Positions 17,067 through 23,756 of a DNA stretch of 64,000 nucleotides are shown piece after piece. The position numbers were made by a program, and so were the translations under genes. Source of the stretch: a virus (lineage: Duplodnaviria > Caudoviricetes); the IMG/VR virus record IMGVR_UViG_3300010376_002108, positions 1 through 64,000 of that record, one strand, 5' to 3'. Position 1 is the first letter of the stretch, and each line of letters starts with the position of its first letter. Below the pieces are notes generated by a model. That model was not told where the DNA came from, searched no databases, and saw only the letters and a program-made list of their open reading frames with translations.

Positions 17067-18125
17067 ATGACCACGGTCATCCGCGCCTACGACTCCTACA
17101 CCGGCAAGCCGCTGCCCGGCAGCGTCACCGTGGACGGGGCCACGGTGACCGCCGAGCCCGCCGGGATGGAAGCCGCGCTCACCCGCTGGCTCGGCCCCGG
17201 GAAAACCCGCGCCGGGGCGGCCACGCTGCTGGACGGGTATAACAATGGCCGGGTGCTGTTCACCTCCGGTCCCGCGCCCAAGCCGGCCGAGGTGTCCCGG
17301 TTCAACCCGCGTGAGCTGCGCATCCCGCACGGGGCTGGCGGCGGCCGGTGGACACGCGGCCTGTCCGCCGGCGAAGCCGCCACCGCGTCGCTGCCCTACC
17401 ACGTCAAGGCGCTGCCCGGGGCGCCGGTGACCGGGGGCGCCCGGCAGGTCGCCGTGCACCTCGCCTCGGGGGTCCGGTCGGAAAAAGAGCCGGCGGTCAA
17501 GGGCATGCAGGGCACGACGACGATCGCCACGTTCGGGGACGGCGCCAAGGCTGTCCACAAAACCGGCATGGCCCCGGTCGAATTCGACCACGAGGAATTG
17601 GCCGGCCTGGTCGCGGACGCGATCGGCGGCACCCACGCCCCGGGCGTGCTGCGCACCGGGGCGAAGGAAATGTGGCTCGGCTTCGCGGCGGGCAGCCCGG
17701 CGGTCACCGCCAAGGCCAAGCTGCACCCCGAGCAGGTGGCCACCGACCCGCACGACCACTGGGACACCGACCCGCTGTTCGCCGGCGACCGGGGCCTGCG
17801 GATCGGCCTGCTCGACCTGCTCACCGAAAACCAGGACCGGCACTGGGGCAACTGGATGATCGACGGCGACCAGCCGGTGCCGATCGACCACTCCACCACG
17901 TTCGGCGCCAAAGGCGGCATGCCCGGCAGGTCCCCGTTCATGCTCTCCCTCACCCGCATGCACCCCGGGCATTTCACCCCCGCCCAGCTCGACCAGATCG
18001 GTGCCCGGCTGGAAGCCCTCGCCCCCGCATTCAAGGCACGCGGGCACGAGGACTGGCTGCGGATCGTGCTGAAAAACCTGGCCGACTTCCGCGAGGAAGC
18101 CGCGCAGGCACCGGGGGCCGGCTGA
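17067..18125 (+). CDS. head-region protein, 352 aa: domain X, FNP peptide, HipA/PI3-PI4K-like kinase (kinase 3)
   Basis: KGMQG...AVHK...HEELA...GLLDLLTENQDRHWGNWM...VPIDHS. Confidence 0.85.
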   Translation: MTTVIRAYDSYTGKPLPGSVTVDGATVTAEPAGMEAALTRWLGPGKTRAGAATLLDGYNNGRVLFTSGPAPKPAEVSRFNPRELRIPHGAGGGRWTRGLSAGEAATASLPYHVKALPGAPVTGGARQVAVHLASGVRSEKEPAVKGMQGTTTIATFGDGAKAVHKTGMAPVEFDHEELAGLVADAIGGTHAPGVLRTGAKEMWLGFAAGSPAVTAKAKLHPEQVATDPHDHWDTDPLFAGDRGLRIGLLDLLTENQDRHWGNWMIDGDQPVPIDHSTTFGAKGGMPGRSPFMLSLTRMHPGHFTPAQLDQIGARLEALAPAFKARGHEDWLRIVLKNLADFREEAAQAPGAG

Positions 18126-18379
18126 TGACCGACCTGTACGTGTATGACACCGCGACCGGGGCCCGGCTGGGCCGGGTCACCGTCACCGGCGGCCAGGTGG
18201 CCGCTGACAGCCCGTACGGGGTGATGGCCGGGCAGATCGCGGGGACAGCCAGCGGGCAGGCCGCAGTGCTGGCCGCGCTCAGCGGGTGGGACAACGGTTA
18301 CCTACTGATCACCGCCGACCCGGCGGCCCGGTTTGCCGACACCACGCCGGGTATCCCCCGGCCGCAGGAGGGATCGTGA
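18125..18379 (+). CDS. stand-alone domain X protein, 84 aa (candidate immunity/partner)
   Basis: TGATG coupling; YDTATGARLGRVTV...GWDNGYLLI aligns with the N-termini of 14936 and 17067. Confidence 0.7.
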   Translation: MTDLYVYDTATGARLGRVTVTGGQVAADSPYGVMAGQIAGTASGQAAVLAALSGWDNGYLLITADPAARFADTTPGIPRPQEGS

Positions 18380-18972
18380 CCAGGGGCCTGGACTGGGACG
18401 CCGGCGAGGTGCTGGTGCGCGCGGACGTGGCCCGCGAGCTGCGGGTGCCGCACGGCCCGCACGGCGGCGAGTGGACGAAGTCGCTGGTGCCGGCGAGCGA
18501 GGCGCCGCACGCGGCGGAACTGGCCGGCGGCGGCGCGGTGGACGCGGCCACGGTGCGGGCGCTGGTCAGCCAGGTGGCTGAGCTGCGGGCCCGGCTGGAC
18601 GACCAGTCGAAGACGCTGCGCCGCGAGGACAGCATGCGGATGCAGACGGCGCTCAACCAGATGCGGCACGAAGAATCCCGCATGATCGAAACGGCGCAGA
18701 AGATACACGAGGAAGGCGCGGCGAAAGACGAGCACCGGCACGAGCTGGTCCGCGCGATAGCCGCCGTGCTGGGCCTGGTCGCGGTGGGCGCGCTGATCCT
18801 GGCCACGGCCGGGGCGGCGGTGCCGCCGATGGCCGCTGCCGGGGTGGCCGTCGGCCCGCTGATCGGCTCGGAGCTGATCACGTTCCTGCACCATCAGGCC
18901 GCACACCGGAGGAAGACCAGTGGCACCATCGGCCAAGCCGGCACCCAGCCCCGCGTCCGCCCCCCGGGCTAA
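18376..18972 (+). CDS. coiled-coil membrane protein with RELRVPHGPHGGEWT peptide, 198 aa
   Basis: GGAGG SD, GTGA coupling; hydrophobic AIAAVLGLVAVGALILATAGAAVPPMAAAGVAVGPLIG. Confidence 0.7.
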   Translation: MTRGLDWDAGEVLVRADVARELRVPHGPHGGEWTKSLVPASEAPHAAELAGGGAVDAATVRALVSQVAELRARLDDQSKTLRREDSMRMQTALNQMRHEESRMIETAQKIHEEGAAKDEHRHELVRAIAAVLGLVAVGALILATAGAAVPPMAAAGVAVGPLIGSELITFLHHQAAHRRKTSGTIGQAGTQPRVRPPG

Positions 18973-19102
18973 GGCCATCGCGGCGATCACCCCGCTGGTG
19001 GCGAAGCTGACCGGGTCCGCCGGGCAGGACGCGGCGCAGATCGCCGCAGACCTCGTAGACGCCGCCGCTGACGGCCTGCGCGGGCGTGGCGCCGGGTCCT
19101 AG
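18920..19102 (+). CDS. small Ala-rich hypothetical protein, 60 aa
   Basis: GGAGGA SD upstream; overlaps the previous ORF by 53 nt. Confidence 0.4.
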   Translation: MAPSAKPAPSPASAPRAKAIAAITPLVAKLTGSAGQDAAQIAADLVDAAADGLRGRGAGS

Positions 19103-19161
19103 CCGACGCTGTCACAGCCGCGTTCTGAGTTCAACAACCTGTTGAAAGGCGGGAGCCTGCC

Positions 19162-20166
19162 ATGCCCGACGACTGGGTGGCCGAGCAGATGGCCGCGCTC
19201 GGCCTGACGGCCCGGTTCAACCCGCGTGAGGCACGGGTGCCGCACGGGACGGGCGGCGGCCGGTGGCGGCGCATCGGCCAGGCGGTCGCCGGCGCGGCCG
19301 GGGTCGGCCACGCCGCCGAGCTGGCCGCGTTCCCCGAGGGCGCGGTGCCGCACGCCGCGCACGACCCGGGCCGCGACCGGGGCGGCGTCCTGGCCCACTT
19401 GCACGGCGAGCACGGCGGGACTGGCGGCCTGGACCTAGGCGCAGCGGACGTGGCGGCGCTGCGGCAGGCGCACGAGGACGACCACGCCCGGTTCGCCGCG
19501 CACCTGCAAGCCGTGCACGCGGCCAAGGCGCGGGAGCGGGCCCTGGCCGGGCAGCGCGTCCCGGCGGCCCGGCCGGTGGAGGTGCCGCTGGCGGCGCGGG
19601 CGTTCAACCCGCGTGAGGCCCGCATCCCCGGCGGCCGGGGCGGCGGCCGGTGGACACGCGGCGGCCACGCGATGGTGCCGTTCGGGTTTGAGGGCAAGGC
19701 GGGCGGCGCCGGGCACGCGCGGGCGATGGAGGCGATGGCCGGCACGCTCGATGAGGAAGGCAACGGCCGGGACACGGCCCGGCTGGTCCGCGAGGCACTG
19801 CACGCGATGGTCCGCCGGGACCTGGACGCGGCCCGGCGGCACATGGACGGCGCGATCTACCAGGACCAGGTGAACAACGAAGGCGGCCACGGCCCGGAGC
19901 TGCGGGACATCAGGGCGTCGCTGGACCGGGTGCCGAAGACGGCCATGTCGATGCCCCGGCTGCCGGCGGTTCCCGCGTGGGAGAAGGCGCGCAAGGGCCT
20001 GGCCGGGCTCGGCTACCGGCCGGGCAAGGGGGTGCTGGGCGCGGATGTGACCGGCATGGGCGAGCCGGCCCAGTTTTCCGGGTACGCCGCCGGGGTCCGG
20101 TCCCGCCCCGCCGAACTGGACCGGGCAGCGGCAGCGGGCATACGCCGGCTGCGGCTGGGCGGCTGA
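19162..20166 (+). CDS. head-region protein with two FNPREAR...GGRW peptides, 334 aa
   Basis: ARFNPREARVPHGTGGGRW and RAFNPREARIPGGRGGGRWTRG. Confidence 0.75.
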   Translation: MPDDWVAEQMAALGLTARFNPREARVPHGTGGGRWRRIGQAVAGAAGVGHAAELAAFPEGAVPHAAHDPGRDRGGVLAHLHGEHGGTGGLDLGAADVAALRQAHEDDHARFAAHLQAVHAAKARERALAGQRVPAARPVEVPLAARAFNPREARIPGGRGGGRWTRGGHAMVPFGFEGKAGGAGHARAMEAMAGTLDEEGNGRDTARLVREALHAMVRRDLDAARRHMDGAIYQDQVNNEGGHGPELRDIRASLDRVPKTAMSMPRLPAVPAWEKARKGLAGLGYRPGKGVLGADVTGMGEPAQFSGYAAGVRSRPAELDRAAAAGIRRLRLGG

Positions 20167-20167
20167 C

Positions 20168-21691
20168 GTGGACCCGCTCGCGCTGGCCGAGGCGGACACG
20201 CTGATCGCCGGCTATCAGGCGTACGGCTGGCCGGATCCTGAGCTGGCCCGGACGGCGGAGACGGCGACCGCGTCCACCGTGCACCACCCGATTGGCCGGC
20301 CCGGCGGCCCCGGCCTGTGGAAGCACCCCACCTGGCAGCTTCCCGCCTACATCCAGAACGTGGCCAAGCACCTGGTGGTCAAGTTCGGGGAGTCACGCGG
20401 CATCGAGATGGCCGTGGGGATCGTGAAGAACTGGGCCGCCGGGCACGACGGCAAGGGCCACAGCGTCAGCGCCGTGGTGCAGGCGGCAGCAGGCCGGGCG
20501 ATAGCCGAATGGGAAGCCCTCAAGGCACGAACCAAACATGGAGCGAGGCGAACCTCAGTGACCAGCAGCGGCACCGAGCAGGACGGCCTGTCACGGGCCG
20601 CACTGGCGACGTCCAGCATCAACGACCTTCCCGACTCGGCGTTCGCGCTGATCAGCCCAGGCGGGAAAAAGGATGCCGAAGGGAAGACGACACCGCGTTC
20701 GCTCCGGCACCTGCCCATTCACGACAAGGCGCACGTCGCCAACGCGCTATCCCGGCTGCCCCAGTCGGACCTGAGCCCGGACGAGAAAAAGCAGGCGTTC
20801 GCCAAGATCAAGGCCGCCGCGCAAAAGATGGGAGTGCAAGTGGGAGCGAACAAGGCGGTCCCGGCGGCCAGCCGGGGCCAGTTCGGGGAGATTTTCCGGT
20901 TCTGGCCGCTGGAGGAATGCCGGATCATGCGCGCCGACGAGGGCCGCGAGTACGGGTCCGGGCGGGTGGTCGAAGCGTACGCGGCGGTGTACAACACCGA
21001 GGCGGAAATCCGCGACGGCGAAGGGCACTACACCGAGGAAATCGACCCGGGCGCGTTCCGCGACGTGCTCCGCTCAATCCACCCCGACCGCAACGGCGGC
21101 TACTGGAATACCACCTGCCTGTACAACCACGGGATGACCGTGCACGGCACCCCGGCCGAGCGGTTCAGCCTGCCCGCCGGCGTCCCGGTGCACATCGAGT
21201 CCGCCGATAAGGGCCTGGTCACCAGGACCGAGTACGCGGCCACCCCGCTGGGCGAGGAACTGCTGGAGCTGGTGAACATGGGCGCGCTGCGGTCGCAGTC
21301 GTTCACCGGCGGCATCGTCCGGTCCGACCCGCAGCTCATGCCGGGCAAGCGGTACGGCCGGGTCGGCGGGATGCTCCAGCGGGTGCGCAGGCTGGCCCTC
21401 GGCCTGCGCGAGTACGGGCTGACCCCGTTCGCGGCCTACTCGGGCGCCGAGGTGATGGGCGTCCGCATGCAGCTTCCCGGCACGGTCACCGACGACGACA
21501 ACTGGGACCAGTTGGAATCGGACCTGCTGGGGGAAACACCCGACGACGCGACGGCTCTCACCGACGAGGAAGGTGACGGCACTGGCGGTCCGCCCGAAGA
21601 CGGGCTCGCGTCCCGGTCCACCGGTAACCGGCTGTACCAGCTTCGCACCCGCGAGCTGCTGGAGCAGCACGGCATCAGCCTGCCCGAATAG
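20168..21691 (+). CDS. prohead (capsid maturation) protease, HK97 type, with two N-terminal accessory domains
   Basis: VEAYAAVYN, EEIDPGAF, CLYNHG (His), GALRSQSFTG (Ser), LREYGLTPFAAY; directly upstream of capsid. Confidence 0.85.
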   Translation: MDPLALAEADTLIAGYQAYGWPDPELARTAETATASTVHHPIGRPGGPGLWKHPTWQLPAYIQNVAKHLVVKFGESRGIEMAVGIVKNWAAGHDGKGHSVSAVVQAAAGRAIAEWEALKARTKHGARRTSVTSSGTEQDGLSRAALATSSINDLPDSAFALISPGGKKDAEGKTTPRSLRHLPIHDKAHVANALSRLPQSDLSPDEKKQAFAKIKAAAQKMGVQVGANKAVPAASRGQFGEIFRFWPLEECRIMRADEGREYGSGRVVEAYAAVYNTEAEIRDGEGHYTEEIDPGAFRDVLRSIHPDRNGGYWNTTCLYNHGMTVHGTPAERFSLPAGVPVHIESADKGLVTRTEYAATPLGEELLELVNMGALRSQSFTGGIVRSDPQLMPGKRYGRVGGMLQRVRRLALGLREYGLTPFAAYSGAEVMGVRMQLPGTVTDDDNWDQLESDLLGETPDDATALTDEEGDGTGGPPEDGLASRSTGNRLYQLRTRELLEQHGISLPE

Positions 21692-21712
21692 GCGGGAGAA
21701 AGGCAGACGGTA

Positions 21713-23212
21713 ATGCGTTTGCAGGAAATGCTGGACCGCCAGTCCGCGATCCGCAACGAGCTGGCGTCGATGGACGCCGACCCGACCGTCACCGAGGAAG
21801 GCGACGGCAACATCCGCGACACCCTCATAGACGAATATGAGGCCCTGGAGCGGCTCAAAGAGCCGGTGATCGCCCGGATGGAGAAGATCAAGCTGATCCA
21901 GCGGGCAGCCGGCGACCCGGCCAACCGGGACAGCATCGACGGCGGCTACGACGCCCCGGCGGCGGCCACGGCACAGCGGTGGCAGGGCGGCGGCACGCCC
22001 GAGTTCATGTCCCGCCTGGACCCGTTCGCGGAACTGGACAAGGTGCGGGACGGCCTGGTCCGGGGCAGCGACATGGTGGCCCGGTCGATGAACGTCATCG
22101 AGATGCACAACAAGCGGGGCATGCTGCTGCCCGAGCGGGCCGAGGAAGCCACCCGCAAGTGCGCGGGGGATCCGATGATCGCCCGGCATGCGCTGCTCAC
22201 CGGCCACGACGAGTACGTGGAGGCGTTCCGCGCCTACGTCAACGACCCGCAAGGCGACGGCCTGAGAATGGCCCAGCGGTCGCTCACTCTCGGTACAGCA
22301 TCAGGTGGCTATCTGCTACCGTACGTGCTTGACCCGACTATCGTGATCACGAGCGACGGGTCTGTTAATCCCTACCGCGCAATGGCGGAAATCAAGACCA
22401 CGACGTCGAACGCGTGGCAGGGCGTCAACTCGGCCGGCGTCAACATGGGCTGGCTCGATGAGGGCGGCACCGCGTCCGACAACACGCCCGGCACCGGGCA
22501 GATCCAGGTGTTCGTCAAGAAGGCCGCCGCGTGGGTGATCGGCTCATTCGAGTCGGTGGGTGACACGAATTTCGCGGACCAGCTTCCCCGGCTGCTCGCG
22601 GACTCCAAGGACATTCTGGAGGAAGCGGCGTTCGCGCGGGGCACCGGCGGCACCGGCAACTCCGGCCAGCCGTTGGGCGTCCTCAACGCGCTCGGCACCG
22701 CGCAGCGGGTCCTGGCCGGCGGGTCGGGCCTGGCCGCGTTCACGTTCGGCACCGCCGGGGTCAACGGCGGCGGCCTGGGTGACCTGATGGCGCTCAACTC
22801 CGCGCTCGGCCCCCGGTTCCGCATGTCGCCGTCGGTGGGCTGGGTGGCGACGATCACCAACATCAACCGGATCCGCACCCTCGACCAGTACGGAGGCGCG
22901 GGTTTCTGGGTCAACTTGGGGCAGGGCACTCCGCCTGCCCTGATGGAGAAGCAGATCCGCGAGTCGCCCAGCCTGACCCAGACCCCGGGGACGGGCACGG
23001 CGCTGGCCGCCGCGTCGGCGGTGTTCGGGGACTGGTCGAAGTTCTATGTGGTTGACCGGATCGGGAGCACGATGCTGTTCGACCCGCTGATCAAGAACGC
23101 GGGCACCGCCAACATGCCATCCGGCAACCAAGGCTGGTTCTACTACTGGCGGACCGGCAGTGGCGTGGCCACGCCGAACGCGTTCCGGTGGGCAACCGGC
23201 GGCACCGCGTAG
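21713..23212 (+). CDS. major capsid protein, HK97 fold with N-terminal delta domain
   Basis: Coiled-coil N-terminus, then SGGYLLPY..DPTI, WLDEG, FGDWSKFYVVDR. Confidence 0.92.
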   Translation: MRLQEMLDRQSAIRNELASMDADPTVTEEGDGNIRDTLIDEYEALERLKEPVIARMEKIKLIQRAAGDPANRDSIDGGYDAPAAATAQRWQGGGTPEFMSRLDPFAELDKVRDGLVRGSDMVARSMNVIEMHNKRGMLLPERAEEATRKCAGDPMIARHALLTGHDEYVEAFRAYVNDPQGDGLRMAQRSLTLGTASGGYLLPYVLDPTIVITSDGSVNPYRAMAEIKTTTSNAWQGVNSAGVNMGWLDEGGTASDNTPGTGQIQVFVKKAAAWVIGSFESVGDTNFADQLPRLLADSKDILEEAAFARGTGGTGNSGQPLGVLNALGTAQRVLAGGSGLAAFTFGTAGVNGGGLGDLMALNSALGPRFRMSPSVGWVATITNINRIRTLDQYGGAGFWVNLGQGTPPALMEKQIRESPSLTQTPGTGTALAAASAVFGDWSKFYVVDRIGSTMLFDPLIKNAGTANMPSGNQGWFYYWRTGSGVATPNAFRWATGGTA

Positions 23213-23368
23213 ATGAGTTCCCCTGCGGCACCGGCCCGCCCGCCTGACCCGGACGGGCCGGTGCCGAACATCCCCGGCACGGCCACCAACCCGGACACCG
23301 TGCCGCCCGAGAAACGATCCCCTCAGCCGCCGCCGGCGGAACGGAACGAAGGTGAGCCTGTTGGCTGA
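23213..23368 (+). CDS. possible Pro-rich small protein, 51 aa (not in ORF track)
   Basis: ATG immediately after the capsid stop; reads open to TGA 23366-23368; overlaps a hairpin. Confidence 0.35.
   Translation: MSSPAAPARPPDPDGPVPNIPGTATNPDTVPPEKRSPQPPPAERNEGEPVG
23227..23265 (+). terminator. 12-bp inverted repeat after capsid gene (possible terminator or processing hairpin)
   Basis: GGCACCGGCCCG / CGGGCCGGTGCC; no U-tract. Confidence 0.35.
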
Positions 23369-23570
23369 CAGCTCGCACCTGGACATGGTGGGCACCGAGC
23401 GCACCCCGCACGTGGTGGTGCTGATCAACGCGGCGCAGTCGGGCCGCGACCAGGCCGACCAGGCGGCCGGGGACGCGGTGGACAACGGCGGCCCGGACGC
23501 GGACGTGACCAGCGCCCCGTCCAACGACACCCCCGACCCGCTGCCCTATTCCGACGACGGCGGCTACTGA
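23352..23570 (+). CDS. acidic hypothetical protein, 72 aa
   Basis: GAAGG SD; position after capsid. Confidence 0.55.
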   Translation: MSLLADSSHLDMVGTERTPHVVVLINAAQSGRDQADQAAGDAVDNGGPDADVTSAPSNDTPDPLPYSDDGGY

Positions 23571-23756
23571 GCTGCCCGCGCCCGCTTCCCCCCGCCGGCT
23601 TTCACCCCGGGCCGGCCCGGGGGTGCCCTGGCCGGGCGCGGCTGCGGGCGGCACTCCTGGCCCTCCGGGGTGCCGCCCACCCAATATCCCGATACCTGAC
23701 ACTCACTGCGGGCAGGCCCGGCGCGCGGAGCCTGCCCGCAAGGAGGTGACCTGCCC

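Noticed and set aside
11790-17080. Very long minus-strand ORFs (11790-14483, 14741-17080; likewise 23871-25529, 38375-41131, 45890-47827)
   Set aside because: Antisense shadows of real plus-strand genes. They are Arg/Gly/Pro-rich with no motifs, which is expected in high-GC DNA with strong codon bias.
14317-18100. Hanks-type Ser/Thr kinases (PknB-like)
   Set aside because: No HRDxKPxN, DFG or APE motifs; DRHxxN and ID(N/H)S fit HipA/PI3-PI4K-like kinases instead.
11931-20166. MuF (SPP1 gp7-like) minor head protein
   Set aside because: Position fits, but no MuF C-terminal Cys/His signature was found in any ORF. An HMM search could still reveal a divergent copy.
23707-23740. 11-bp hairpin abutting the SD of the glycosyltransferase gene as a regulatory switch
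   Set aside because: Stem is real (TGCGGGCAGGC/GCCTGCCCGCA) but does not cover the SD, and such stems are frequent at this GC content.
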